DNA of 64,000 bases from assembly GCA_963555985.3 (NCBI GenBank), contig OY820591.1, forward strand, positions 832,001-896,000, given 5' to 3'. Below the pieces are notes generated by a model. That model was not told the origin of the DNA, searched no databases, and saw only the letters and a program-made list of their open reading frames with translations. The stretch comes from Dehalococcoidia bacterium. Lineage in GTDB: Bacteria; Chloroflexota; Dehalococcoidia; Bin125. Made by a program: the position numbers and the translations under genes. This document shows, one piece after another, positions 20,323 to 30,516 of the stretch. Each line of letters opens with the position of its first letter. The stretch's first letter is position 1.

Positions 20323-21909
20323 ATGGTTGAGTTGAGTACGCCGGCCGGGGTCGAGCTGCGGGGAGCACTTGCGGAGGGATACGAGATCGTCCTGACTGAA
20401 GAGGCGCTCGCGTTCGTTGCGGGTCTGCACCGTCGCTTCAACGCGCGGCGGCAGGAGTTGCTGGCGCGGCGGATGGAGCGGCAGGCCGAGTTCGACCAGG
20501 GCGCGCTGCCCGACTTTCTTTCGGACACCGAGGAGGCTCGCTTCGGCTCGTGGCAGGTCGCGCCGACGCCGGAGGATTTGCAGCAGCGCTGGGTGGAGAT
20601 CACGGGTCCGGTGGATCGGAAGATGATGATTGGGGCGCTGAACTCGGGCGCGGATGCGTTCATGGCGGATTTCGAGGACGCGCTTTCGCCGACCTGGGAC
20701 AACATCGTGCAGGGGCAGATCAATGCGCGGGACGCGGTGCGGCGTGAGATCACGTTCGAGAACCCGGATGGGAGCGTGCGTCAGCTGAACGAGGAGACGG
20801 CGACGCTGCTAATTCGTCCGCGCGGCTGGCATCTGGATGAGAAGCACGTGGTGGTGGACGGTGAGCCGATCGCGGCGAGTCTGTTCGACTTCGGGATGTA
20901 CATGTTCCATAACGCGGCGGAGCGGATCGCGCGGGGGACAGGGCCGTACTTCTACCTGGCGAAGCTGGAATCGCATCTGGAAGCGCGGCTGTGGAACGAT
21001 GTGTTTGTGGCGGCTCAGGACGGACTCGGAGTAGCGCAGGGCTCGATCCGGGCGACCGTGTTGCTGGAAACGCTGCCGGCGGCGTTCGAGATGGAGGAGA
21101 TTCTGTACGAGTTGCGGGATCACTCGGCGGGGCTGAACGCGGGACGTTGGGACTACATCTTCTCGGCGGTGAAGCGGTTCAAATCGCAGCCGACGTTCAC
21201 GCTGCCGGATCGGGTGCAGGTGACGATGACGACGCCGTTCATGCGGGCGTACACGGAATTGTTGGTGCGGACGTGTCACAAGCGCGGGGCGCACGCGATG
21301 GGCGGGATGGCGGCGTTCATTCCTTCGCGGCGGGATCCGGAGATCAACGAGATTGCGCTGTCGGGAGTTCGAGCGGATAAGGAGCGGGAGTCGACCGACG
21401 GCTTTGACGGCACCTGGGTCGCGCACCCGGATCTGATTCCGGTGGCGCGGGAAGTGTTTGAGACGAACCTGGGCGGCGCTCGCAATCAGCGCGAGCGGAT
21501 GCGTGAGGATGTCGAGGTGTCCGCGCCGGAGCTGGTGAGTTTGGATCAGAGCGGGGGACAGGTGACGGAAGCCGGCCTGCGGCTGAATATCTCGGTCGCG
21601 TTGCAGTACATCAACAGTTGGCTGAACGGAGTCGGCGCGGCTGCGATCAACAACCTGATGGAGGACGCGGCGACGGCGGAGATTTCGCGGGGTCAGCTGT
21701 GGCAGTGGATTCAGCACGGAGCAGCGCTGGACGACGGCCGCTCGGTGACGGCGGAGCTGTACGAAACGCTGCGCGACGAGGAGCTGGCGGCGCTGGGCGG
21801 CGACGGAGAGTCACGCTTCGGCGACGCGCGGGCGATTCTCGATCAACTGGTGCTGAACGACGAGTTCACCGAGTTTCTGACCTTGCCCGCCTACGAGTAT
21901 CTCGACTAG
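20323..21909 (+). CDS. aceB: Malate synthase A
   Basis: [63 protein letters not shown]. Confidence 0.96.
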   Translation: MVELSTPAGVELRGALAEGYEIVLTEEALAFVAGLHRRFNARRQELLARRMERQAEFDQGALPDFLSDTEEARFGSWQVAPTPEDLQQRWVEITGPVDRKMMIGALNSGADAFMADFEDALSPTWDNIVQGQINARDAVRREITFENPDGSVRQLNEETATLLIRPRGWHLDEKHVVVDGEPIAASLFDFGMYMFHNAAERIARGTGPYFYLAKLESHLEARLWNDVFVAAQDGLGVAQGSIRATVLLETLPAAFEMEEILYELRDHSAGLNAGRWDYIFSAVKRFKSQPTFTLPDRVQVTMTTPFMRAYTELLVRTCHKRGAHAMGGMAAFIPSRRDPEINEIALSGVRADKERESTDGFDGTWVAHPDLIPVAREVFETNLGGARNQRERMREDVEVSAPELVSLDQSGGQVTEAGLRLNISVALQYINSWLNGVGAAAINNLMEDAATAEISRGQLWQWIQHGAALDDGRSVTAELYETLRDEELAALGGDGESRFGDARAILDQLVLNDEFTEFLTLPAYEYLD

Positions 21910-22050
21910 GGGCCTCGGATTGGACTGAGGCCCAATAGCCAAGGACACAACCGGTTTGTCTCGGCCGGTGGTCGGCGCGAGAGCGTCCTAGAGCAGACGA
22001 GGCACAGATCGATCGCGCACAGCGCACCAGACAGGCAGAGGGGAACGCAG

Positions 22051-23364
22051 ATGTCACTGAACGGGATCGACGACACGGCGGCGGCAGCCGCGCTCGAGCG
22101 GGAGTGGGCGACCAATCCCCGCTGGGCCGGAATCGAGCGCAACTATACGGCCGCTGACGTGCTCAAGCTGCGTCCCAGTCTGTTGCCTGAGGCGACGCTG
22201 GCTCGTGCGGGCGCGGAGCGGTTGTGGAACGCGATGCAGGACACGAGCCTGGTGCGCACCTTCGGCGCGGTGACGGGCGCACAGGCGGTGCAGATGGCCA
22301 AGGCCGGCTTGCAGGCGATCTATGTGTCCGGTTGGCAGGTGGCGGCCGATGCGAACACGGCCGGTCACACCTACCCCGACCAGAGCCTCTACCCGGTCAA
22401 CAGCGTGCCGACGCTGGTGCGGCGGCTGAACAGCGCGCTGATGCGCGCCGACCAGGTGGATCGTCTGGAGCGGCGGCAGTCGGTGGACTACTACCTGCCG
22501 ATCGTGGCGGATGCGGAGGCGGGATTCGGGGGTCCGATCCACGCGTTCGAGCTGATGCGGAACATGATCGAATCGGGCGCGGCCGGGGTTCACTACGAAG
22601 ACCAGCTTGCGGCTGAGAAGAAGTGCGGTCACATGGGCGGCAAGGTGCTGGTGCCGACAGCGCAGCATGTGCGCACGCTTCAGGCAGCGCGGCTGGCGGC
22701 GGACGTGATGAACGTGCCGACCGTGCTGATGGCTCGGACGGACGCGCTCAGCGCGACGTTGCTGACGACCGACATTGACGAGCGGGATCGCGAGTTCACG
22801 ACCGGCGAGCGGACGGCCGAGGGCTACTTCAGCGTCACCGGCGGGATCGAGTCGGCGATTGCTCGGGGTCTGGCGTTTGCGCCGCACGCGGATTTGCTCT
22901 GGTGCGAGACGTCGGTGCCGGACATCGGCGAGGCGCGCGACTTTGCCAACGCGATCCACGCGGAGTACCCGGGCAAGATGTTGGCCTACAACTGCTCGCC
23001 GTCGTTCAACTGGAAGCGTCACCTGGACGATGCGACGATTGCGAACTTCCAGGAGCAACTGGCGGAGATGGGCTACCGCTTCCAGTTCATCACGCTGGCC
23101 GGCTGGCACGGGATCAACTACCACACCTTCAACCTGGCGAGCGGCTACCGCGACCGGGGGATGGCGGCCTATGTCGAACTCCAAGAGGGCGAGTTCGAGG
23201 CTGAGACCGTGGGCTACACGGCGACCAAGCACCAGCGCGAAGCGGGCACATCGTACTTCGACGAGGTGCTGCTCACGGTCACCGGCGGCGACGCTGCCAC
23301 AACGGCCCTGAGCGGCTCAACCGAGTCCGCCCAGTTCACGGCGGAAGCCGTCGCGGCGCACTAA
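22051..23364 (+). CDS. aceA: Isocitrate lyase
   Basis: [44 protein letters not shown]. Confidence 0.97.
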   Translation: MSLNGIDDTAAAAALEREWATNPRWAGIERNYTAADVLKLRPSLLPEATLARAGAERLWNAMQDTSLVRTFGAVTGAQAVQMAKAGLQAIYVSGWQVAADANTAGHTYPDQSLYPVNSVPTLVRRLNSALMRADQVDRLERRQSVDYYLPIVADAEAGFGGPIHAFELMRNMIESGAAGVHYEDQLAAEKKCGHMGGKVLVPTAQHVRTLQAARLAADVMNVPTVLMARTDALSATLLTTDIDERDREFTTGERTAEGYFSVTGGIESAIARGLAFAPHADLLWCETSVPDIGEARDFANAIHAEYPGKMLAYNCSPSFNWKRHLDDATIANFQEQLAEMGYRFQFITLAGWHGINYHTFNLASGYRDRGMAAYVELQEGEFEAETVGYTATKHQREAGTSYFDEVLLTVTGGDAATTALSGSTESAQFTAEAVAAH

Positions 23365-23385
23365 GTCCAGCCTCTTCCAGGCGAG

Positions 23386-23421
23386 CACAACGAAGCCCCG
23401 CTCTGGCGGGGCTTCGTTGTG
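23386..23421 (+). terminator. Perfect 16-bp hairpin after aceA (probable intrinsic terminator)
   Basis: CACAACGAAGCCCCGC-TCTG-GCGGGGCTTCGTTGTG. Confidence 0.7.
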
Positions 23422-23439
23422 GCCGTACATTGTCCATCG

Positions 23440-23778
23440 ATGCCAGCGATTCCTCACGCCGGCCTCGTGGGCAACGACGTCACAGTAGAGGAGCTTTGGG
23501 CTCACGGTCTCACGACTGACGATGCCGATGACGTCTGGGATGGGCCGGCCAAGTACTTTCCACAGCCCGCTCGTAGCGGCGTCGGAGCTGACGGCACTTC
23601 GTTCAGACAGCCAAAACGAACGAAGATGGTAGGACCTGATCACAGTGGCCGTTTGTTGACCTTCATCCTGGAGTTGCCAACCACGCGTGGATACTCTCAT
23701 GTCGTGACCGGCTGGCCTTCTGATAGCGATGAGCAAACCCGCTACCATCGGCCTGGAGGAAGGATGCGAATACGATGA
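23440..23778 (+). CDS. BrnT-like (RelE superfamily) toxin, copy 1
   Basis: HGL...DADDVW.GP.KYF...MVGPD.SGRLLTFIL...VVTGW..EQTRY pattern resembling BrnT/DUF497. Confidence 0.65.
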   Translation: MPAIPHAGLVGNDVTVEELWAHGLTTDDADDVWDGPAKYFPQPARSGVGADGTSFRQPKRTKMVGPDHSGRLLTFILELPTTRGYSHVVTGWPSDSDEQTRYHRPGGRMRIR

Positions 23779-24026
23779 CCCAACAGAAGAGCGCGCTTCA
23801 CATTGATACGCCGATCCACGATGTGGAAGAGATTCCTTACGACCGCTCTGAAATGGGACCCGGTTCCTTCATCTACGAGATTGAGTTCAATCGCGAGGAA
23901 ATGGACCGCCTGAAGACTCGAAGCACGAGACGTACTGAGCCACTGGGCCGATGGATCAAGCGTGTCGTGTTCGAGGCAATAGAGCGTGAGGCTGCGGCGA
24001 AGTCCGCCGACGTCGCTGCCGACTGA
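23775..24026 (+). CDS. Putative antitoxin, copy 1
   Basis: ATGA overlap with toxin; acidic N-terminus plus IEFNREEM.RLK...RWIK RHH-like C-terminus. Confidence 0.6.
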   Translation: MTQQKSALHIDTPIHDVEEIPYDRSEMGPGSFIYEIEFNREEMDRLKTRSTRRTEPLGRWIKRVVFEAIEREAAAKSADVAAD

Positions 24027-24071
24027 CAGCTTCCCTCCCGCTGACAATGGGCTGCTCTACCTGGACGGGGG

Positions 24072-24977
24072 TCAATCGCTGCCGCGGAGGCGGGGGTCGA
24101 AGATGTCTCGGAGGGAGTCGCCGAGCAGGTTGAAGCCGAGCACGGCGAGGGTGATGGCGAAGCCGGGGAAGATGCTGAGGTGCGTGTGCTGCCAGAAGTC
24201 GCGCGATTCCACGAGCATGCGGCCCCAGGACGGGTTGGGCGGCGGGACGCCGAGGGCGAGGAATGAGAGCGCGCCCTCGAAGAGGATCGCGCCGCCGAGC
24301 AGGGTCGTCACGTAGATCAGCAGCGGCGGGCCAATGTTGGGCAGCACGTGCCGCCAGAGGATGCGGAACGGCCCCACGCCAATTGTGCGGGCCGCTTCGA
24401 CGTAGGCGGCGCCGAGCGTCGCCAGGGTGCTGGCCCGCACGATCCGGACCATGCCCAGGGTGAAGATGATCCCCATACCCAGCGCGATTGATTGCCAGTT
24501 GCGGCCTGTTACCTGGGCCAGCAAGATCAGCAGGATGAGGCCGGGAAAGGCCAACAGCATGTCAAGCACGCGCTGGGACAGGAGATCGAACAGCCCGGCC
24601 GCGTAGGCCGAGGTCATGCCCCAGAGCAGCGCGATGCCGACCCCAATCGCCATCGCGGTCAGGGCCAGCGAGATCGAGAGCCGGGTACCCGCGACCACGC
24701 GCGCGAAATAGTCCCGCCCGAGCCCGTCGGTGCCGAACCAGTACTCGCCGCCGGGGGCGGCCAGGATGTTCGGGGAGAGCTTGGTCGGATCCCCGGCGAT
24801 CAGCGGCCCGAAGGCGGCGAGCGCGATCATCAGGATCACGATCAACAGCCCGAACGCGCCCAGGGGATGCTGCCGCAGCAGCCGCCGGAGGCGCCGGCGC
24901 AGCGGCGGCCGCACCAGCAGACCGTACTCATCGAAGACGGCCGCGCCCGGCTGTGGAGTGGGTTGGGCGGCGCTCAT
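24072..24977 (-). CDS. Peptide/nickel ABC transporter permease (DppC/OppC-like)
   Basis: FGTDGLGRD, YVEAARTIG, RHVLPN, LSFLALG.PPPNPSWG. Confidence 0.92.
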   Translation of the reverse strand: MSAAQPTPQPGAAVFDEYGLLVRPPLRRRLRRLLRQHPLGAFGLLIVILMIALAAFGPLIAGDPTKLSPNILAAPGGEYWFGTDGLGRDYFARVVAGTRLSISLALTAMAIGVGIALLWGMTSAYAAGLFDLLSQRVLDMLLAFPGLILLILLAQVTGRNWQSIALGMGIIFTLGMVRIVRASTLATLGAAYVEAARTIGVGPFRILWRHVLPNIGPPLLIYVTTLLGGAILFEGALSFLALGVPPPNPSWGRMLVESRDFWQHTHLSIFPGFAITLAVLGFNLLGDSLRDIFDPRLRGSD

Positions 24978-25936
24978 TGGAAGCGGATCCGGGGATCGAA
25001 GACGGCGTAGCTGAGGTCGACGGCCAGGTTGATGAGCACGAAGGCCGTGCCGAAGAACAGCATCCAGAGCTGCACCACCGGTAGGTCGTTCGCGAAGATG
25101 GAGTCGACGAGCAGGCGGCCCATGCCCGGCAGACCGAAGATCTGCTCGACGATCACCGACCCCGCGACGCCATCGGCGAAGACGAGCCCAATCAGCGTGA
25201 TCAGGGGGATCATGGCGTTGCGCAGGGCGTGGCGCATGACCACGATGCGGCCGGAGACGCCCTTGGCCTGGGCCGTGCGCACGTAATCCTGGCGCAGCAC
25301 TTCCAGCATCTCCGAGCGCGCCAGCCGTCCCAGCACGGCCGCGCCCGACAGCGCCGCGACCGCCGCCGGCACGATCATCTGGATCAGGTTGGTGCCCGGA
25401 TTGACCCAGAGCTGCTCGTAGGGGGCGGGCAGCGCATAGCGCCAGAGCACGAGCGGGATTAACACGACCAGCGTGGCCAGCCAGAAGTTGGGGATGGCGA
25501 GGAAGAGCACCGTGATGAAGCGGATGCCGTAGTCGTCGGGCCGGTTGCGGCGCACGGCCGACCAGATCCCGGTGCCAATCCCAATCGGGATGTACAGCAG
25601 CAGCGTCAGGAAGAGCAGTTGGGCCGTGACCGGCATGCGGCGGGCGAAGGTGTCCATGATCGACTCGCGCGTCAGCCAGGAGTCGCCGAAATCGCCGGTG
25701 AAGACCTGTCCAATCCAGTTCACGTACTGCACGTGCACCGGCTTGTCGAGCCCGAAATGCGCCTCCAACGCGGCTCGCTGCTCCGGGCCGCCGCCCGCCG
25801 AGGCGCCCATGGTGTTGGAGAGGCGGGCGTCGACCACCGATCCCGGCACGAGCCGAACCAGGCCGAAGGAGAAGATCGAGAGCAGGATCACCGTGACCGG
25901 CAGCAGCAGCAACCGTCGAATGACGTAGGTGCGCAT
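24974..25936 (-). CDS. Peptide/nickel ABC transporter permease (DppB/OppB-like)
   Basis: YVIRRLL, GLDKP..VQY, RSEMLEVLRQDYVRTAQAKG, HALRNAMIP, FDPRIR. Confidence 0.93.
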   Translation of the reverse strand: MRTYVIRRLLLLPVTVILLSIFSFGLVRLVPGSVVDARLSNTMGASAGGGPEQRAALEAHFGLDKPVHVQYVNWIGQVFTGDFGDSWLTRESIMDTFARRMPVTAQLLFLTLLLYIPIGIGTGIWSAVRRNRPDDYGIRFITVLFLAIPNFWLATLVVLIPLVLWRYALPAPYEQLWVNPGTNLIQMIVPAAVAALSGAAVLGRLARSEMLEVLRQDYVRTAQAKGVSGRIVVMRHALRNAMIPLITLIGLVFADGVAGSVIVEQIFGLPGMGRLLVDSIFANDLPVVQLWMLFFGTAFVLINLAVDLSYAVFDPRIRFQ

Positions 25937-25961
25937 CGACGTTGGCTCCGCTTCCCTCTGA

Positions 25962-26060
25962 TCCCCTCTCCCTGCGGGAGAGGGTTAGGGTGAGGGCCCC
26001 TTTGCAGTTGGGGAGCGGCCGGACCCTTACCCCAGCCCTCTCCCAGAGGGAGAGGGAGGG
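25962..26060. repeat. Inverted pair of CCCTCTCC...GGGAGAGGG REP-like palindromes
   Basis: CCCCTCTCCTGCGGGAGAGGGTTAGGGTGAGGG ... CCCTTACCCCAGCCCTCTCCCAGAGGGAGAGGG. Confidence 0.75.
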
Positions 26061-26105
26061 AAGGGTCAGAGGGCGGAGCAGAGGGAGCCCTGCAATACAA
26101 CCCCG

Positions 26106-27971
26106 CTAAACGCCGGGCTTCCCCTCGAACCACGACCGGTACCACCGATAAGTGGCGGCGGTTTGCATGTTGGTTGGGCCGTATCCTTTGAGCCAGGGAC
26201 GGTGTCCGGCGACCGGCCGGCTCCAAGAATGGTAGATCTGGGGCGCGTGCTCTTCGAGCAGCTTGGTCTGGATCTCGTCGTAGATCGGCACCCGGTTCTC
26301 GGTGCCGAGGGTGGTGCGTCCCTGCTCCAGTAGCGCGTCGATCCCGGGGTCCGAGAACTTGCCGAAGTTCCGTCCGCCGTCGCTGTGGTGGGTGCCGTGG
26401 AGGGCGTCGGGGTCGAACACGCCCCCGAGGCCTTGGGTGGCGAGGGTGAAATCCCCCGCCGCCCGCCTGGGGTTGTGCTCCGAGTCGGGAATCTCCTGGA
26501 GTTCGACCTCGAAGCCGATTTCGGCAAAGTTCTGCTGGAGCACCTCCGCGGTTGGGGTTTCAATGTGGCTGGTGGTCATCGGCGGCACGCTCCCGGGGTC
26601 GTAGCCGCTGGCGTCGAGCAGCCGTCGGCCCTCGGCCAGGTCCTCCTCGCGCAGGGCGCCGGAGCGGTAGCCGGGCCGTTGGCGGAGCTCGTCGACGCTC
26701 CACGCGTATGGACCGGCCGCGTGGCAGATCGGCCCGCCGATCTGCAGGAAGCCTTGTCTCACCACGAAGTGCTGTTCCCGGTCGGCCGCGAGGTGCAGCG
26801 CGAGGCGCACGCGCGGGTCGGTGTAGGGCTCGACCTGGGTGTGGAAGAATGTCGTTACCGACCAGATCGCATTCATGGGCACTTCGACGAGGTTCTCCTC
26901 GCCGACTTGGCCCCGCACGGCCTCGTTCTCCGCCGGGAAGCCCAGCCACGAAGCGAAGAGGAAGTCGGCCTCGCCGGCGACGTACTGCGCGGCCCGATAC
27001 GCCCCGTCGAGATTCCAGTCCGAGCGGATCCCGTCGATGTAGGGGAGCGGGGCGCGGTAGTAGTTGGGGTTGCGTTCGAGCTCGGTGAGGACGTCGGGCT
27101 CACGGGAGACGTACTGCATGCCGCCGGTGCCGATGGCGGCCTCGGGGTTGCTGGCGATGCCGTCGTCGCCGAAGGCCTCGACCGCGTCGCGTGAGACCAT
27201 CACCATCTGGTTCTCGCCGACGGCGCTGAGCAGCGGCGCGAACACCTCTTTCATCTTCAGGCGCAGGGTGAGCTCGTCGGGGGTCTCGAACTGGTCGACG
27301 GCGGAGAAGCGGTCTCTCCAGATGAACTCGGGGTTGTCCTGGCCGAAGCGCTGGAGTCCGAAGGCGGCGTCCTCGGCGACGAACTGCCGCCCGTTCAGCG
27401 GCGCCTTGTCCTGCCAGTGCACGTTCGGCTTGATGTTGTAGACGTAGGTGACGTCATCGACGACCTCGGGCAGCTCCGCCATCGCCGAGGTGAGCACCCC
27501 GCCCTCATCGTTGTAGTTGAGGTGGTCGTAGATCGGGAACCAGCCGCTGTCGAGGCCGCCGTGGTCGGCGATGGCCGGGTCGAGGATGCCGCCGTCGCCC
27601 AAGAAGAAGGAGATGACACCTCCGTGCTGCGGGCCGCTGTCGGCGGCCTGGGCGGCGGTTTGCTCTGCCTCCTGCTGTTCGTCGGCGGTCGCCGTCTGAG
27701 CCTGTTGCTGCTGTACCTGTTGTTCGGCCTGTTGCTCGGCTTGCTCCTGCTGCATTGACTGCTGTTCTGCCTGCTGCGCCGCCTGTTGCTGCTGTTCCTG
27801 CTGCTGCGCAACCTGTGCTGCTGCCGGCTGATCGTCGTCGTCATCGTCGCCGCCGCAGCCGACCAGGGCCAGTCCGGCGGCGCCAACCCCGGCTCGCGCC
27901 GAGGCTCGCAAGAGCGACCGCCGCGACATTTTGTTGCGCCGCATGCGCTGCCAGTAGTTTCGCGTGGTCAT
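26106..27971 (-). CDS. ABC transporter substrate-binding lipoprotein (family 5) with Tat signal and Gln/Ala-rich linker
   Basis: SRRSLL twin-arginine, LVGC lipobox, poly-D then Q/A/E linker, IGTG, LERNPNYY, PYTDPRVRLAL. Confidence 0.9.
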   Translation of the reverse strand: MTTRNYWQRMRRNKMSRRSLLRASARAGVGAAGLALVGCGGDDDDDDQPAAAQVAQQQEQQQQAAQQAEQQSMQQEQAEQQAEQQVQQQQAQTATADEQQEAEQTAAQAADSGPQHGGVISFFLGDGGILDPAIADHGGLDSGWFPIYDHLNYNDEGGVLTSAMAELPEVVDDVTYVYNIKPNVHWQDKAPLNGRQFVAEDAAFGLQRFGQDNPEFIWRDRFSAVDQFETPDELTLRLKMKEVFAPLLSAVGENQMVMVSRDAVEAFGDDGIASNPEAAIGTGGMQYVSREPDVLTELERNPNYYRAPLPYIDGIRSDWNLDGAYRAAQYVAGEADFLFASWLGFPAENEAVRGQVGEENLVEVPMNAIWSVTTFFHTQVEPYTDPRVRLALHLAADREQHFVVRQGFLQIGGPICHAAGPYAWSVDELRQRPGYRSGALREEDLAEGRRLLDASGYDPGSVPPMTTSHIETPTAEVLQQNFAEIGFEVELQEIPDSEHNPRRAAGDFTLATQGLGGVFDPDALHGTHHSDGGRNFGKFSDPGIDALLEQGRTTLGTENRVPIYDEIQTKLLEEHAPQIYHSWSRPVAGHRPWLKGYGPTNMQTAATYRWYRSWFEGKPGV

Positions 27972-28154
27972 GCCAGGGCTCCGTCCCCAATCGCCGCCTG
28001 TGCCGTGTCTCTATCGGCGATTGCCGCGAAACTACCCCCCCCCCATGTCAAGTCGGCGGCCCCGTCGAAGCGTCTAACTCGCGCCGGATAACCTGCAAGA
28101 CCAGGGCCGTCCCACCCGTCGCCTGTTCGCGGTGAACGCAGTTAGGGTTGAGCG

Positions 28155-28493
28155 ATGGTTGAGATTCCCGATCGCGGCGTGACCTTCAACGATCGGGGGC
28201 AAGAGCATTTGTGGCAGCACGGTCTGGAGTTCCACGATGCAGAGGAGGTCTGGATCGGGCCGGCGAAGTACTTTGAGCAGGGGGAGCGTGAGGAGACTGA
28301 TGAGGACGGCCGTCCATGGACACAGCCGGCGCGCGTGGTGATGATTGGGCCGGACTTTGGCGGGCGTCTCCTGACCATCATTCTCACTCAGCCAGACGAG
28401 GACAAGCGCTCGCGCGTGGTGACGGGTTGGGCCGCGAACCGCGGCGAACAAACGCGATACAATCGGCCCGGAGGAAGGATGCGTCATCGATGA
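28155..28493 (+). CDS. BrnT-like toxin, copy 2
   Basis: HLWQHGLEFHDAEEVWIGPAKYF...IGPDFGGRLLTIIL...RVVTGWAANRGEQTRY. Confidence 0.7.
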   Translation: MVEIPDRGVTFNDRGQEHLWQHGLEFHDAEEVWIGPAKYFEQGEREETDEDGRPWTQPARVVMIGPDFGGRLLTIILTQPDEDKRSRVVTGWAANRGEQTRYNRPGGRMRHR

Positions 28494-28747
28494 CTGAAAC
28501 TGAGCGACCTGTCCACATTATGAATCCGCCCATCCTGGAGGCGGAAGAGATTCCATATGATCCTGCGGACATGGGTCCCGGCTCTTTCGTGCTCGAAATC
28601 GAGTTCAACCGTGAAGAGATGGCCCGGCTCAAGGCTGGTACGCCCCGCCCCGTACGCCTCATTCGGTGGATCAAGCAGGCGGCGTTGGAGAAGGCGGATG
28701 CGGAGGCGCGGCGTCGGTCGGAGGGAGAGTTAGGCGCGGCGGACTGA
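28490..28747 (+). CDS. Putative antitoxin, copy 2
   Basis: MTETERP... ATGA overlap; EEIPYD...MGPGSF..EIEFNREEM.RLK shared with copy 1. Confidence 0.62.
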   Translation: MTETERPVHIMNPPILEAEEIPYDPADMGPGSFVLEIEFNREEMARLKAGTPRPVRLIRWIKQAALEKADAEARRRSEGELGAAD

Positions 28748-28825
28748 TCGATCTGCCCTCTCGCCGTTCGCTGTTACCCTGCCCGCATCTCGCGACACCG
28801 AAACGGTTGAGATACGTCAACGAGC

Positions 28826-29158
28826 ATGGCCATCCGGATTCGCGCGCTCGACTACAACGAGGCGACGGAGGATGAGTTGGCGGCGCACGGCCTGGATCTG
28901 GACGATGCACTCGATGTATACGACGGACCGGCCAAGTACTTTCCCCAGGATGCGAAGGATCGTCTGGACGACAGCGCTCGTCTGGTCCGACAACCGGAGC
29001 GGATGCTGATGATTGGTCCCGATGCCAGCGGGCGGCTGCTGACGTTCGTCCTGGAGCTTCCCGACGCGGATCGGATCTGCCACGTCGTGACCGGTTATCC
29101 CTCCGCGCGGAAGGACCGAACCCGTTACCATCAACCGGGAGGAAGGATGCGGCGCTGA
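28826..29158 (+). CDS. BrnT-like toxin, copy 3
   Basis: AHGLDLDDALDVYDGPAKYFPQ...IGPDASGRLLTFVLELP...HVVTGYPS...TRYHQPGGRMRR. Confidence 0.7.
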   Translation: MAIRIRALDYNEATEDELAAHGLDLDDALDVYDGPAKYFPQDAKDRLDDSARLVRQPERMLMIGPDASGRLLTFVLELPDADRICHVVTGYPSARKDRTRYHQPGGRMRR

Positions 29159-29394
29159 TGCCGATTCACGTTGGCACCGACCTGGAACCGGACACGCCGG
29201 AGTTGGACGTTGAGGCAGAGAAGCCGGCGCGCGCCACCCTGCAAGTGGAGTTCACGCGGGAAGAGTTGGCGCTCCTGCGCCAGGCAACCGGGCGGGGGCC
29301 AGGGCTGGTTCGGTTCGTCAAATCGGCGGCGCTGGAGGCTGCTAGTCGCAAAGCCAAGACCGAGTCGCCCGACAGCTTGCACGCAGCCGACTAG
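29158..29394 (+). CDS. Putative antitoxin, copy 3
   Basis: TGATG overlap; VEFTREEL..LR...RFVKSAALEAA. Confidence 0.6.
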   Translation: MPIHVGTDLEPDTPELDVEAEKPARATLQVEFTREELALLRQATGRGPGLVRFVKSAALEAASRKAKTESPDSLHAAD

Positions 29395-29501
29395 TCACTC
29401 TGTACTCGGCCTCCTCGCTGCTACTCTGCCCCAGACACCTGGACTTGAAGACCCCGCATCAAGTGCGGGGCGGGCCGCTTATGCGGCGAAAGGACTCCCC
29501 C

Positions 29502-30443
29502 GTGACCAACAGCCCACACTTCGGCGTGATGGTTCCCCAGATCAAGCGCAGCTGGCAGGAGACCCAGCGCGCGGCTTCGGCCTTTGAGGAGATGGGCTTC
29601 GACTCGCTCTGGGTCAACGACCATCTCTACGGCCCGCAGTCGCCCGCGATTCCGATGCTGGAGGCGTGGACGCTGGCGGCGGGCATCGCCGCGATCACCG
29701 AGAGCGCCGAGATCGGCACGCTGGTCACACCGGTCGGGATGCGCAATCCGGCGCACACGGGCAAGATGATTGCGACGGTGGACAACATCGCCGGCGGGCG
29801 CGTGATTCCGGGCTTCGGCTCGGGCTGGATGGCGCGTGAGTTTACGGACTTCGGGATGCCGTTCGTGAGCACGCGGGATCGGCTGCGACAGCTCGAGGAG
29901 GGCTTGCAGATTTTCAAGGGCATGTTCGACCCCGACCAGGACGAGTTCTCGTTCGAGGGCGAGTATTTCCACACCGAGAATCTGGTCACGCAGCCGAAGC
30001 CGCCGCGCGACGTGCCGATCCTGGTCGGCGGTGGCGGCGAGCAGGTGACGATGCGGATCGCGGCGCAGTACGCGGATATCTGGAACAACTCGGCGGGCGC
30101 GCAGGACAACCTCGAACATAAGGTGAGCGTGCTGCGCGGTCACGCGGAGCGGCTGGGGCGCGACCCGTCGGAGATTCGGGTGTCGCAGCAGTGCCTGGTC
30201 ACGATTGTGGAGAACGAGGGTCAGCTCGCGCCGATGGTGGAGCGCGCGCAGCGTATTTTCGGCGGTCACATGGGCAACCCGGCCGGCGAGATGGCGCTGA
30301 CCGGAACGCCCGACATGATCAAAGAGCGAATCAACCGCCACGTCGAACTCGGTTGCGACATGTTCATGATCGAGTTCTTCGGTCGGGACACGATCGAGCC
30401 GGCGCAGGCGTTCGCGGAGACGGTGATCCCTGAGTTTCGCTAA
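29502..30443 (+). CDS. LLM-class flavin/F420-dependent oxidoreductase
   Basis: GFDSLWVNDHL, LEAWT, RNPAHTGKMIATVD.IAGGR, PILVGGGGE. Confidence 0.88.
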   Translation: MTNSPHFGVMVPQIKRSWQETQRAASAFEEMGFDSLWVNDHLYGPQSPAIPMLEAWTLAAGIAAITESAEIGTLVTPVGMRNPAHTGKMIATVDNIAGGRVIPGFGSGWMAREFTDFGMPFVSTRDRLRQLEEGLQIFKGMFDPDQDEFSFEGEYFHTENLVTQPKPPRDVPILVGGGGEQVTMRIAAQYADIWNNSAGAQDNLEHKVSVLRGHAERLGRDPSEIRVSQQCLVTIVENEGQLAPMVERAQRIFGGHMGNPAGEMALTGTPDMIKERINRHVELGCDMFMIEFFGRDTIEPAQAFAETVIPEFR

Positions 30444-30516
30444 GGCTCGACATATCGCCGGCCCTCACCTGCTCTGAACAGATGCGCTATCGTGGAGCGC
30501 ATCTGTTTCGGAGGGT

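Noticed and set aside
28765-28790. Shared TCGCTG(T/C)TAC(C/T)CTGCCC motif after TA copies 2 and 3 as a cassette recombination site
   Set aside because: More simply an extended -10 promoter-like box (TGnTAnnnT) for the next gene; a similar motif occurs at about 14253, and no integron integrase or attC structure is present.
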